A stretch of 64,000 nucleotides of DNA from Octopus sinensis (GCF_006345805.1 NC_043002.1:77190001-77254000); one strand, 5' to 3'. Shown: positions 49,261 to 63,110, counted from the stretch's first letter. Notes: generated from the letters alone by a model not told the origin. Made by a program: numbers and translations.

Positions 49261-51844
49261 AGGAAGGAACAAAATTTATTTAGGCATGGTGGCAGGGGCT
49301 CATTGAAAAAGTATTAATAGAAGATGAGGGGTAAATAGTTAAAAAAAGTTTGAGAAGGACTAGTATACACCTTAGGCCTTATTATAATTGTTTGCTCACA
49401 ATGGAAAACCCTCAAAGATTGTGCAACCTACTATTAGTTGCAGTTTTGAACGGTTTGACTGTGTTCATGTGTAGAGTAGAAAGAATAATATTTCAGGATG
49501 GTGTGTTTTGTTTTTCTTTCATGCTGTAAAAGATCACTGATAATGGAAGAAACATCAGTTTAAGTCACCTTTAAAAGATGATGTCTATATACAGAAAGTT
49601 AAGCTCGAGCAAGGGATTTTATTATCTACATAGGAATGAGTGTTTGTTTTTAAAAGTGTGTGAGACAGTAGTTAATGCATTGAAATAAAAGTTAGAATCC
49701 TTAACTAAATCTCAGAGACAAAATATTGGATAGAGAGAGAGAGAGAGAGTGGGCTCTATACATACATGATGTAATCGTGGAGTGTGACAGGAAGCTTCTA
49801 ATCAAGGAGATAAGCAGTGAATTTAACCAATTTGGTCAATTTTGCAGAGAAATTCTAAAATCAGAAATGGGTAAATTTTTTTCTAATGTGAAAGACATGT
49901 CATCTGTAAGATGTCATGTGGTGTAGCTGAAATGTTGCTATGTTGAATACCTGTAGCTTTTGTCTCATAGATTAAGCTTGTATCTGATAGGGACCAAAAC
50001 TTGAGTTCTGCTATAATGACCACAGTGTTAATAATTGATTAATATTTGATATTTAATAAATAATGAATGGATAAATGATGATCATCATCATTATCATCAT
50101 CATCATCATCATTATTTAAAAGTTATTAGCAAAATTTATAAGCTGCATTTTGTGGATAACAATGATGAGATGAGAATGATTTCTTTTGATATGATTCATT
50201 TTTGTTTTAGATGTTTTTGCTTTAGTTTTTTGTGGTTGCTGAACAACAGGTCAACCATGACATACCAAATCCACAATCACAGGCATTCCAGTCATGTCCA
50301 TTCCATCCTTTTGGGGCAGTGTGGAGTGACGACAGATGGAATATGGTGCATCTGAGACAATCACATTATCTGATGCATCATAATCTTTTTTAAGATAGTA
50401 GAGTGCATTTGAGGGAGATTTGGCTGCTGTTTCTACCAAAATCAAGCACAGTTCCTTCCTCAGCTTCTTTTCATAAGCTATTCTGGTTCATAATCCCTGA
50501 ATCAGCTCTAATAGCTTGAGCAAGTAAATCATCAAAATATGATGGAATATACAACTGTGACATTCCATCTTATTTTCAGGAATTTTACATTATGCAGTGT
50601 GTCCATTTTAAGGTAATAAAGTGAGGTCTGAACCAGAATTGGCAGCTATTTCTAGTCAACTGAGTGATCATATTGGGATTTCTTAACTAACATATTTTGC
50701 TTTGCTTAGTTGTTTTGTTGTTGTTTAACCCAATGTCAGTCCCAATTATGCAGATCTATGATGAACACATTCCAGACTTTAACATTCCCTCTTTTTAAGG
50801 CTATATAGGAATATATTGTTCAAAATGTCCTTTCCATTGGATTCTTTTTTTTTTTTTTTTTGGCAGTAACAATAGATGAAGGAATTTGGCTGTTATTTCT
50901 AGCGGATCAGGGGACCGTTTATAGGCCATTTTATTAATAAGTAATTTAAAAGGCTGATATTATTAAGTAGTTTAAAATGTCCAGTTCATCGTTAAAACTG
51001 GACATTTAAGAAAACAATACTATGATCTTTTTCTCTTTTATTTCTGTCTTCTCTCTTCTTTTTCCCTTTTTCACCTAACTGCAAAAGAAATAAATAAAAG
51101 ACGAAATATAAAAGGAAAACTTTAGAGCATCACTTCTGTGCCAAGTTGAGATAAATTACAGGTTAAATTAAACAAAGTTTAGCAAAGTTACTTCCCTTAC
51201 TATATAATAGCTTATCAAGAAAATATCAATTATTAATTATTTTCTCGTATACAATATTAGCAACGACTTTTAATCGATTGTATTTAACATAATGCAAAAT
51301 ACTAAAGCTCTTTCAATATGAACTGTTTTTTTAAAGCGTCATTTTAATTTAAAATGGATATTAAATCGAAAACGATTTCTATTTATGTCACAAGTTATCT
51401 TCCATTGATAATTTTTTTATTTAGGGGAGACAACTCTCATAGTAAATCTAAGAAAACTCATTGTTAGTAAAAAGTGAAATGGAATTATTTTATAGTGAGG
51501 AGAAAGCAGAACACCCGAGGTATAGGACCTGTCTTTCTCCTCCCCCCCTCTCTCTCTCAGGGTTTCAACTCATAACATTTCACTTCTCCATAGAAAGATA
51601 ATTTGAAATAATTTATTCCATTTTGCGAACCTTTTGTACTCTTATAATTGGTGATAACCTCGAGGAATATAAACTCAGTTCATCAGAGAAACAAAATATG
51701 ATGAGGTAGATACATGCACGCACACATCATTTAATCCGCAGACGTAACAAAATTATTCACCCGAGTATTCGCACTTGTATACAGAGAGAAAGAAGAGAGG
51801 GGGGTAGTAACAGAAAATGAACTGATAACTTTTTTAATACTTTT

Positions 51845-52098
51845 TTTATATGCATTAGTTACATTATTTACACTTGACGGATATTTGTCCTCATCTTGTT
51901 TGTTGTTAACACGTTTCGGCTGATATACCCTCCAGCCTTCAGCAGGTGTCTTGGAGAAATTTCGAACCTGGGTTCTCATTCCTAAGGTATTTTTCGATGT
52001 TGTTTATTATTATTATTATTATTCAGGTCATTGCCTGGAATCGAACTCGGAATCTTGGGGATAGTAGCCCGCGCTCTTAACCTTTACACCATATGTCC
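51845..52098 (-). mobile_element. tRNA-hammerhead SINE, full head, with a mutated ribozyme (51907-51950: CUGCUGA core and a 3-nt deletion at the cleavage site)
   Basis: Reverse complement aligns with 24175-24480; B box GAGTTCGATTCC. Confidence 0.85.
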
Positions 52099-52101
52099 AC
52101 C

Positions 52102-52310
52102 GGCATGTGGCGTAGTTACCTGAATAATAATAACATCGAAAAATACCTTAGGAATGAGAACCCAGGTTCGAAATTTCCTCAAGACACCTGATGAAAGCTT
52201 GAAGGGTATATCAGCCGAAACGTTGTGTTAACAAGAAACAAGATGAGGACAAATATGCGTCAAGTGTAAATAATGTAGATAATTCCTCATCTCTTAAATA
52301 TAGAACTGTG
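52102..52310 (+). mobile_element. tRNA-hammerhead SINE with an internally deleted tRNA head
   Basis: ggcatgtggcgtag|ttacctg junction; the body aligns with 24245-24480. Confidence 0.85.
52183..52229 (+). ncRNA. Minimal hammerhead motif with an intact core and a weakened stem II
   Basis: GACAC-CUGAUGA-A-AGCUUG...UCAGCC-GAA-ACGU-U/GUGUU. Confidence 0.7.
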
Positions 52311-52449
52311 TTATACTTTAGTTAGTTACCTATTATAGTGTAATGGCAAATTCGGATGATATGCCTTAATGTGATTTATTCATAACGTTTTATCTTCACC
52401 AAGATCGACTTTATCTTTAGTCTTTCTGGGGTCACTTCAACCGTTGCAA

Positions 52450-53950
52450 ATTTGAGCAGAATCGTTACTGTGCCGGAGGACATGCTTGGCGACATTTCGT
52501 CTGGCTCTTTACGTTCTGAGTTCAAAATCCACCGAAGTCGCCTTTGCCTTTCATCCTTTCAAGGTCGATGAAACAAGTATTAGTCAAGTGCTGGGGTCGA
52601 TATAATCGACTTCCACCTCCCCTTAAAAATGCTAGCCCTTCGCCAAAATTTGAAACCGTTATTATTTTTACTATTGCTATTATTATTATTATTATTATTA
52701 TTATTATCGTCTTTGGTATTCAAGAGGATCTTAGATGGTGGGCTTCCTTGATCATCCCTAGAGGTCCTCCTGAATTAAGGAGATCTCATCACGATCACTT
52801 TTTTCCCCACCTCTTTTTCTAGTGCCATATACTATGTATAATTCCCTTCTGCTAATGTATACTGAATATACCTTTTATTTTATCATTCCATCATATGTAA
52901 ACCCCAACACTTTATGTCTGTCTTTGTATTGTCCTCCCTCGTCCTTCGCCCTGGTGGTAAATAAAAGAAATCATTATTGTTATTATTATCCAAGGCGGCG
53001 AACTGGTAGAACAGCTAACACGCCGGACAAAATGCTTATCGACATTTCGTCCGTCTGTACGTTCTGAGTTCAAATTCCACCAGGATTGACTATGCCTTCC
53101 ATCCTTTTGGGATTGATAAAATAAGTACAATGGAGTCGAGGTAATTATCTTAGCTCCTTTACCAAACTTGCTGGCCTTGTGCCAAAATTTGAAACCATTT
53201 GCATTTCATCTTTTCGGGGTCGATAAATTAAGTACCAGTGGAACACTGGGGTCGATGTAATCGACTAGTCCTCTCCCCACCAAATCTCTGGCCTTGTGCC
53301 TCCAGTAAAGGATTATGGATCCGTAGAACGCTAGTCGAAAGAACTAGCATGATAGAGTTATGTCCCTTTATATTGTAAGTTTGCCTTTTCATTAGGTAGA
53401 GATCGGGCAGTCAATAAAGTAAGTACCAGTTGAAAACTGTCACCCATGTAATGAGGTGGTTGGTTGATAGGAGCATTAGAGCGACCAATAAAATGTCTTG
53501 CAACATTTTATTATGTAGCTTTTTGTTTTCTGAGTTCAAATCTCGCCGAGGTCAGCTTCCCTTTTTTTTTTAAAAAAAATCTTTTAAATCCTCAATAAAA
53601 AAGGACATACCAATTACATACTTTAACATCCTGAGTTCATTTTATATTCCAATAAGGCATCCTAAATGTAGATCGAATTCTAATGGAAATCTACAACCTT
53701 TGCCAGTACTTGTTGCCTCGTGTCTCTGTAAGAAAATATTATTCATGGATTGGTAGAATCATAACATTAGAGTAGTAGACAAAATACCTTGTAGCATTTA
53801 ATTGTTTCTTTACATTGCGAGTTCAAAGTCAACTTTGCTTTTTCATCCTTCTGGATTCAATAAGAAAATAGAATATTAGTCATGCACCTGGGGTTGATAA
53901 AATTAACTGTTCCTTATCACCACCAAAAAGTTTCTGGTCTGCTGCCCATC
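52450..53950 (+). mobile_element. Cluster of 4-5 family A SINE copies and fragments, all plus
   Basis: Repeated ttctgagttcaaa / gtcaactttgc / aagtaccagt motifs at about 52450, 52993, 53200, 53385 and 53750. Confidence 0.8.
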
Positions 53951-53974
53951 TAAGAAATTATTATTACTAGATGC

Positions 53975-54385
53975 AGTTATGGTTGAGTGGCTAAGAAGCT
54001 CACTTTATAACCACATGGTTTCAGGTTCAATCCCTCTGTGTAACAGCTTGAACAAGTGTCTTCTACTATAGCTCCAGGCTGGCCAATGCCTTGTGAGTGA
54101 ATTGGGTAAATAGAAACTGTGTGGAAGCCTGTGATGTGTGTATGTGTATGAGTGTGTATGTATGTATGTATGTATGTATGTATGTATGTATGTATGTATG
54201 TATGTATGTATGTATGTGTCAGTGTCTTTGTGCTTATTTCTCCCCCCTCCCCATTTGACAACCTGTGTTGGTTTGTTTACATCTCTAAGATAGTGGTTCA
54301 GCAAAAAAAAAACCAATGGAATGACCCTGCAATGCAGTGCTCTAGTATGGCAGCAGTCAAATGACTGAGACAAGTAAAAGACAAA
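53975..54385 (+). mobile_element. Family B SINE
   Basis: Consensus match with a central (TATG)n. Confidence 0.85.
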
Positions 54386-55952
54386 AAAGTTTCATTTCAA
54401 TTTTAGTTGACCAAACTTACGGTTTCAATCTTTTATCCTTAAATGTTTTTATAATAAAACAGAGCATGTCTTTCAGTTAAGGAATAATGAAGCGTTTCCC
54501 AAAATACCATTTTTGACATTGCAGATTTTTAACAATGCAGTTTCATACAACACATGAAATGTATCTGTATTTCTAAACTTTAACATGTTTTGGCAATTAG
54601 TTAAAGATGTCATTAGGATGCTTACTGAGATATATCTACATATAATAATGGTGGCCAGTTTTCCTAGAGATGAATTCCTTCCATTTGTAAAATATAGTTA
54701 AGTGCATACTAACATACTTAAGGAAGTGATCCAAAAAGAATTTTTGATCAATTGAAATTACATTTCATAATGAAAAGAAAAATCATCAATGTTAAGCGCA
54801 ATTCTAGTCATGGAAAGCAAGGAAAAGAAATTAAAAATTTTTATTGATTAAATGATGATATGCAGTAAAGTCTGGTGTTTGGTTATTAAAACAACAACTT
54901 CAGACATGTTTCACTCTTACTAGATCTTCTCAGAAAAGTATTGTATAATATGAGCTTAACAGGTCTTAGAACAACTGAAAGATTATAGATTTTGTATGGA
55001 CATTATTCAATGACTAAACTATTTAAAATTATGGCATTAAAAAAGATTCCTGCATAAAAGACATAGAGTTAAATGCCAGCAAACATATTAAACTTTTATC
55101 CTACGTCTATATTGGGTTTTGTTAATCTAGAATTGGTAATTCTGAATTGTATACTTTTGAACAAATTCCCCATTTCTTTGTTTCTCCATTTTGTGGAAAC
55201 TAAAAATCATCCATAATATGATAGGAAGAAAGTATAATCATAAAATATTGTGAGCAATATTTACCAATACTAAAATGCTTTATTATAACAAATGTCATAG
55301 AAATTTTTTTATTTTAGTCTTCAAAACCACAAATTTTATATATCTTTTACTTACCATCTTTCCCTCCACCTGTCCACTCACCTTACTATTTCAATTCAGT
55401 AAAATTTATTTATAACTAGAAAAAAATTTTTTTTTTCAACTTTAAAAACCCTGCAAGAAGAAATATAACATTTCTATAAAATTTTATTGAACAAATTGAA
55501 AATATTATAAATATAATTTTTATGATACAAAATCTTTATCCGTTGTCATAAAAACATTTAAAATTGAAAATGTGATTTATCTATTGCTTCAGATTTCATT
55601 TTGTCATATAGATTTTCATATTCCATAGTTACAAATTCTCTGCCTGAAGTCTTACTTTGTTTTAATCAATATAAAAACCGTTATCGTTGTCATTAGATAA
55701 TCATCATTTCCATTTTCATGATTGCATTAATTAAATATTTTTTCATATGATTTCAATTTGGTTTTTGATTTGATTATATTTATTACTGTAGACAAGTATC
55801 ATTATTATTAGTAGTAGTAGTTATTTAATAACAAATCTTGGTGAATTAGCAAAAACTAAAACCACCATTTCTATTTTTTTACATAGACTCTACTAATGTC
55901 CAACTGAACTCACACAAAATCAATTTAATGATATAATATATAAATTAAATGA

Positions 55953-55990
<38 letters not shown>

Positions 55991-56014
55991 TATTGTTGCT
56001 ACTGCTGCTGCAGA

Positions 56015-56452
56015 CTGGTAGAATTGATAGAACATCAGGGACAAGTGGTTTGCGGTATTTCTTCTAGGTCTTTTATACTGAGTTCAAATCCTATTGAGGT
56101 CCATCTGGCCTTGCATCTTTTGGGGTCAGTAACCTAAAGTACCAATCAAATACTGGGGTTTAGGTAACCAATAAAACCCCTCCCCATAAAGCTGCTGGCC
56201 TTGTACTGAAATTTGAAACAATTATTATTTGTCAAATGTACAGGAATAAGGGTTTTAAAATTTAGTGCAAGGCCAGCAATTTTGGGGAAAGAGATAAGTT
56301 AATTACAACAACCCTGTTGCTTGATTGGTACTTATTTTACTGACTCCAAAAGGGCGAAAGGTAAAATTGACCTCAACAGAATTTGAACTCAGAACGAAAT
56401 ACCACTAAGCATTTTACCCAGCGTGCTAACAATTCTGCCAGCTCACCACCTT
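56015..56452. mobile_element. Two family A SINEs tail-to-tail (56015-56220 plus; 56260-56452 minus)
   Basis: Opposed consensus matches. Confidence 0.8.
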
Positions 56453-57008
56453 ACATGTTTATAGGAATAATGTACTTGAGGTTGATCAGAGACCAATTAA
56501 AATACAGGGTAAATCCTAAAATAAGCAGAAGATAGATTGAAAATTCAAGTTAGTTTTCTGAAATTGGTGTAAAGGCCTTAGATTTTGGTAGAGGAATACA
56601 ACTGTTTAGATTGATCCCAATACTGAGGTGTTACATTTTCCACTGACCTAGAAGTATGAAAATTTGAATTATTACCAGAATAACTCCTCTCCCTCATCCA
56701 TTTTATAATGTTCATCTTCTATGCTGGCATGAGTTAGATGCTTTCAATAGGATTCAATGAATTGGAAGACTGTGTTGGGCTTCAGTGTCTGCTTTGGCAT
56801 GGTTTCTACAGCTAGCTACCTTTCCTAATGCATCTAAAAAAAAAAAACAAATGTAACGAGTGAATCCCTTTCATGAATAAATGTGACACATCTCTCCTCC
56901 TTTTTATCTTGAACTTCATTTCATTAGATACTGCTACACTTGTGTACAAGAGCAAGAAATCAACCACGTTCAAGGTTTCTCAAAATAGAACTGAAAATAT
57001 GTTTGAGA

Positions 57009-57054
<46 letters not shown>

Positions 57055-58169
57055 CTATTTGCTTGGTATTTCACTTTTTTTTTTTGGCATGTACAGCTGT
57101 AAAATAATGAAAAGTAATAATTATGAGGACAGTATCATTACATCTTGATGAAATAATGAACAACAAAAATAACCATAAAGATAGAGAGAAATAACGATGA
57201 CACCAATTCCAATTTCAATTTTGATGACATAAAAAGAGGGAAAAGATAATGCTGATAGCAATATTTATGATTTCAATGATATAGTTGAGAGAGAAGATCT
57301 TGGTGATGAATGTAATAGCAAATGTCTTCAGTGATTGTTTTTTATGTTCTTTTTATATTCAGCAAATTTACTAAAAATTAGAAATAATTCTTATCCAGTA
57401 AAGTTCTGATATCAAAATAAAATACAAACTAAGTGAATGGAAAATAAATTGGAATTACTGACAATATATCAGAAGTGAATAGTTTCCTGGATTCATTTGC
57501 ACAATCTAACCAATCAATTTGACATTTTAAAATAAATTTCTTCTGTTAAGGCACTGATTCTTTCAACTCTAAGAAAACTGAATGAAAGAATATTTTTAAA
57601 ATATATCTGATAGGACTGGTTGAAGGAGAAAAGAAGTGATTTCTTATAAAAATATCATTATATAATCAATATTTTAAGCTATATTTTTAATTCTACTTTC
57701 TGTCATCAAAGCATGTTCTTATTTGAAGAACCAGTTTTTGGAAGATGTTGAGTGTCAAGCTGCTCCAAAATATTGCAGCAAACATAGATTTATTTGATTA
57801 AATATTCTTTCTGTGTTGCTATCCCGACATTTACAAAAATATTCTACACAATTGTTTTTATTGAAAATGCATAAAGAACAACCCTGATTCTCCCTTATTC
57901 TATATAAAATAATAAGGAAAAATCCTTTAGAAATGAATACAGCAATTTCTAATCAGAAAATGAGAATGATGTTATAAGTTTTCTATACTAATTAGATAAT
58001 TAATATCTGATCACATTTTAAGAGCCAGCATTTACTTCCATTCCATTTCTGTTATTTATTAGAAGAGCTGTCTTAATTAAGTAGCCCATAATCGGAATTT
58101 TCTACTTTATTATGTGACAGCCTCATGAATGAAACCATATATAATGCATATTATCTGTTTTGCAGTAAT

Positions 58170-58800
58170 CAATGTTAAATGACGTTTCATCATGATTTAG
58201 CTGTACTTGTTTTGCTTTTATTTATGCTCGTATGGGCTGGGTGGGTCTTCTCCAATATACCATCTCACTGCTTGTTTGCTGCCACTTCTTGTCATCTACT
58301 TCATGAAGTTCAACATTCTGGGATCATATCACTCCATTTCTTTTCATGTCTTTATCAGTCTCCTTCTTCAGCCCATTCCTTTCAGTCTGATCACTTGGCA
58401 GTTCTTTATCCAACTGTCATGCACCATACACATTACATTGTATGGCTGTACCAACCCAGTTTTCTATCTTATCCACTACATCTAATTCTTCCCATAATCA
58501 ATGTTTCTCTTAACTTACCTTTGCTCCATTATTCATTTACACTAACATTACACACCCAGCAGAACGTGCTCACCAAATTTCTTTCCAGCCTTTATATACA
58601 CTCTACATTTAATGCCCATCGTTCACTACCTTCCAGTATTGCACTTTGTACACAAGCATCAAACTATCTGCCTTTCATTTGGAAAGGGAAATCCTTTGTT
58701 TAGTAGCTCCCTGAAATTTTCAACCCTGTCCTTAAACTGGCTATTATGCTTTCAGCACATCCACCTTCTCTGCTAATTAGGTCACCTAGGTAACCTGAGG
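58170..58800 (-). pseudogene. Decayed RTE LINE 3' fragment (second RTE subfamily) with 3' UTR
   Basis: Manual translation gives YLGDLISREGGCAESI, then DACVQSAILEGSERWALN and RKLGWYSH-like segments; the 3' end gagaagacccacccagcccatacgagcat...aaacgtcatttaa resembles the family C tail. Confidence 0.8.
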
Positions 58801-59177
58801 AATGTGTTCTGGTTTAAAAATAGTCATTTTCAATTGCTTGTAGGGTTCTCTTCCACGGTTTTGAGAATGACTATTTTCTTTATCAGAATTTAATCCTCAA
58901 TATGTCATTTTCTCAAGAATATTCATTTATTAAACTAAGCTCAGCTCTAGTTCTTTATTTCACACAACCAAGGCCATGCTGGAGCACTGCTTTGAGTTAT
59001 TCTGTAGTCAATCCTTTCAGCTGTTAGTATTAGTCGACTGAGCTACAAATTAATCCAGATGTCATCTGTTGTGTTTAATTGTAAGATTAAAATTTAATTA
59101 AGATTGTTAATCACATAACAGAGAAGAAGATTTAACTTTATTTATGAACATTTCTTTACTCTGGTATAATGTTTCTA

Positions 59178-59410
59178 AAGGCGGCGAGCTGGCAGAAATG
59201 TTAGCACGCCAGATGAAATGCTTAGCAGTATTTCGTCTGCCATTATGTTCTGAGTTCAAATTCCACCGAGGTCAACTTTGCCTTTCATCCTTTTAGGGTT
59301 GATTAAATAAGTACCAGTTATGCACTGGGGTCAATGTAATCGACTTAATCCGTTTGTCTATCCTTGTTTGTCCCCTCTGTGTTTAGCCTCTTGTGGGTAG
59401 TAAAGAAATA
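59178..59410 (+). mobile_element. Family A SINE with a 15-bp TSD
   Basis: TSD gtataatgtttctaa at 59164-59178 and 59411-59425. Confidence 0.92.
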
Positions 59411-59459
59411 CGTATAATGTTTCTAATGCAGAAATTGGGAAAAAATAATTTCATTTAAT

Positions 59460-61325
59460 CATCATCGTCATTATCATCACCATCACCACCACCATCATCA
59501 TCATCATCATCATCATCATTTAATGTCCACTTTCCAAGCTGGCATGGGTTGGACAGCTTGACAGCGCTGGCTTAGCAGAAGACTGCACCATGCTTCACTG
59601 TCTGTTTTGGCAGGATTTTTAAGGCTTGATGCCCTTCCTAACACCAACCACTCCACAGAATGGACTTAGTGCTTTTTACATGGCACCAGCACAGGCGAGG
59701 TCAGTTTTTTTTTACCAGCTAGATACCCTTCCAAACACCAACCACTTTACAGTGTGGAATGGATGCTTTTTAAGTGGCAACAGCTCTGGCAGAGTCACCA
59801 AGTTACTTCCAGTAAATATATAATAATTGAACGATAGTAATGATGAATTTTATGTTTGTTATAATGCCATAAAAATATATAGAGACATTGGTCTTATTCT
59901 ATTACTGGTTTCAGCCAATGGGTTGTAGTCAAGTTAGTGTACTGTCCACAAGGGTTTTGGTCACTTATATTGATTTCAAAACTTTATCTGGTACTTATTG
60001 TATTGATCTCATGAAAAAAAAAGGCAAATTGTCTTTAATATCATCATCATCAACATTTAATGTCCATTTTCCATGCTGGCATGGGTTGGACAGCTTGACA
60101 GGAATTGGCTGCACTAGTCTGTTCTGGCTTGGTTTCTACAGCTGGATGCCCTTCATAACACCAGTCACTTTATAGAGTGTACTGGGTGCTTTTTCTGTTG
60201 CGCTATTATCCATACTTTTTACATGGCACCAACACCAGTGTTTTTTAAGTTGCACCAGCACTCACAGCAATGTTTTTTACATGGTAACTTGGTTTAAGAA
60301 TAGATATCAATTCTATTGTAGTTGGTGGGTCTTCTTGAGTACAGCAATGCTCCACATTGTAGATATGCTCCACATATCTCAGTAGCATAAAAGGAAAATC
60401 ATTCTGTTAGACTAAAAAGCACAAGGTATTTCATTTGATGTACTAGTTTTGTTCACCCCATACTAATATTATATTATATTATATTATATTGTTTGTCCTT
60501 CATTGTTAAAGATGACCAAATTTCAGAATTGTTTTGTATGTCTGGTCTGTTCTCGTCTGAACTGGTTTGGTCTGGTCTGATCAGGTCTGGTGAGTTCGTA
60601 GGTAGCTTATAAAGTCTATTTGAGCAAAGAATCCTTTCCCACATGTATGAGATGTATGAGAAGGTGCAACATCCAAGGGTACTTGTCACTCAAACTTTGC
60701 TGAGTGACTGCTTCCATTCAGCAACCACTGTATATCCTGTATTTATATAATCAGTTCACAGATTTATAGAGGTACTATATTTGACTGAATTGACCTTATT
60801 CCATACTTGTACTTATTTTGTCATCCACCTATGCCTAGATATCATCATCATCATCATCTGACGTCTGTCTTCCATGCTGGCATGAGTTGGACAGTTTGAC
60901 TGAGGTCTGGAGAGCCAGTGGCTGCACCAGGCTCCGATCTGATCTGGCAATGTTTCTACAGCTTGATGCCCTTTCTAATGCCAACCACTCTGAGAGTGTA
61001 GTTAGTGCTTTTTATGTGCCACAGGTACAAGAGCCAATCAGGCAGACCTGGCATTGGCCACATTTGGATGGGGATTTTTATGCGCCACTGGCATGGGAGC
61101 CAGTCAGGGGGCACTGACATTGACCACTTTCAGATGATACATTTCACATGCCACTGGAATGGAAGCCAGTCAGTGGGCACTGGCATTGACCACGTTCGGA
61201 TGATGCATTTTATATGCCACTGGAATGGGAGCCACTCAGGGGGCACTGATCACAGCTACGATTTTGGTTTTGGCCAGTACCCCCTGACTGGCTCCTGTTC
61301 CAGTGGCATGTAAATACATCATCCA
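59460..61325 (-). mobile_element. Three family C elements (about 59460-59770, 60040-60290 and 60840-61325)
   Basis: Each starts on the plus strand with (CAT)n and tttaatgtcca/gacgtctg...ttccatgctggcatg. Confidence 0.85.
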
Positions 61326-61499
61326 GAAAGATAAATCAATTGCAATAAGATTTGAACTCAGTATATAGAAGACTGGAACTAAATACTAAAAAGTATATAT
61401 GGTCCTGTATACTACTGTTTATACCATTCTACTATTTTAAATGGGTACTATTTAATTGTTACTTCTTTTACTCTATTCTGTGTTAAGAAAGATCTTTGA

Positions 61500-62371
61500 C
61501 AAGGTCTGATCAATAAGTATCCGGATTGTTGCCATAGTAACGAAGTTAAAGCATACAAAGTGAAGCTGCTTAGTAAAGATTGACCTTGAACTCTGTTGTG
61601 TATGCACATTAAGTTTTAACATTCTAGCTCATTTCCACTGTTTACAGCAGTACTTGGAAGGAAGGTGTGTAACATGATCGTCACATTGACCATGACAGAG
61701 AAAGTTGTTGTGACGATACCTGCTCAGAGGCTTGTGCAAAGTTGCAGAAAGTGTATGGAAAGGAGTGTATGAGCTGCACACAAGAGTATGATGGCCAAAA
61801 AACTTTTGATTGTATCAAACGTTCTGGGAGACCCACAACCAGCAGAACTGAGAAAAACATCACAGATGTGCATGCAGCTCTGAGGGAAAATTGTCAAATT
61901 ACCATCCATAAGTTATCAGAGGATGTGCTGATTAGTTACAGTTCAGTTCACTCCATTATCACTGAAGATTTGGGTATGAGTTGAATGTTTGCCAAGTTTG
62001 TGCCAAAACTGCTTTCAGCTGCCGAAAAAGACACTTGGGTTTCAGTTGCACAAGATCTCCTTGATTGTGTTGAGAATGAAGAAAACTTTTTGAAAACTTT
62101 GTGTAGGACTCTGAGCAGGAATCACCAAGCTTTTGGCAAAATTTGATGCAGATTCTCTGCTCAACTTTCTCTGTCATGGTCAATGCAATGATCACACGTT
62201 ACACACCTTCCTTCCAAGCACTGCTGTAAACAGTGGATATGAGCTAGAACATTAAAACTTCGCACACATGCACAGCAGAGTTCAAAGTCAATCTTTGCCA
62301 AGTGGCTTCACTCTGCATGCTTTAGCTTCGTTACTATGGCAACAGTTCAGATACATATTGATCAGACCACA
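61500..62371. mobile_element. Non-autonomous mariner derivative with very long (~240-280 bp) inverted termini, both derived from the 5' end
   Basis: Left caaggtctgatcaataagtatccggattgttgccatagtaacg is the reverse complement of the right end; TA follows at 62372-62373; each arm extends into the transposase start codon. Confidence 0.9.
61692..62100 (+). pseudogene. Truncated mariner transposase (N-terminal HTH region only)
   Basis: MTEKV.., QKVYGKECMS, RSGRPTTSRT, ISYSSVHSIITEDLGM, AKFVPKLLS; no DD34D domain. The opposite arm encodes MTEKVEQRICIKFCQKLG from 62177 on the minus strand. Confidence 0.88.
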
Positions 62372-62775
62372 TATAGGTTGTAGGCCTATTCTTTTCTCAT
62401 TTAAGATAAACTTTTGATTAGAGTTAGGGTTGCTGTTTTCACATTACCAATTTGTCAAGCATGACACTTTAACTTCTTAACTTCTATCCCTAACCAAATC
62501 TCGTGAGACTGTATTACCTTATACAAATTATTTAAGGAAGTATCCTCAAAGCCATTCTTTAATCTCTCGAACATATTTACTAAAGCAAAGGAATTAAAAA
62601 GTTTCAAAGCACTTTGTATGGAAGGAGAAATACAAGACTTGTTGAGCTGATTAAATCATTGTTAATACAAGTCCTTACATTAAATATCTCAAAATTGGCT
62701 TTCCATTAGAAAAATCTGTTTTTGTTTAAGCGAAACATGATATGCGTAAGCTGATTAAACTTCTAAACATATTAT

Positions 62776-63110
62776 AATGTATGTATGTATGTATGTTGTA
62801 TGTATGTATGTATGTATGTATGTATGTATGTATGTATCTATATATGTATGTATGTATATATGTACGTACGTACGTATGTACGCATGCATGTATGTACGCA
62901 TGCATGTATGTATGTATGTATTTATGTACATATGCATGTATGTACACATGTATGTATGTATGTATGTATATATGTATGCATGTATGTATGTACGTATGCA
63001 TGTATGTATGCATGTGTGTGAGTCTATGTGTGTGTAGATAGGTATGTATGTGTGTTTGTATGTATGTATGTGTGTGTGTGTCTGTATGAGTGTGTGTGTG
63101 TGTGTATTCA
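62776..63110. repeat. (TATG)n/(TG)n compound microsatellite
   Basis: Directly visible. Confidence 0.97.

Noticed and set aside
49726-49926. Protein-like ORF (KLLIKEISSEFNQFGQFCREILKSEM) with a gtaaat donor
   Set aside because: There is no polypyrimidine acceptor, the ORF starts in a (GA)n repeat, and no homology was recognised.
51655-51692. CTGATGAA on the minus strand near the hammerhead SINE pair
   Set aside because: There is no GAAA after the candidate stem II and no stem I/III pairing; it is a chance match.
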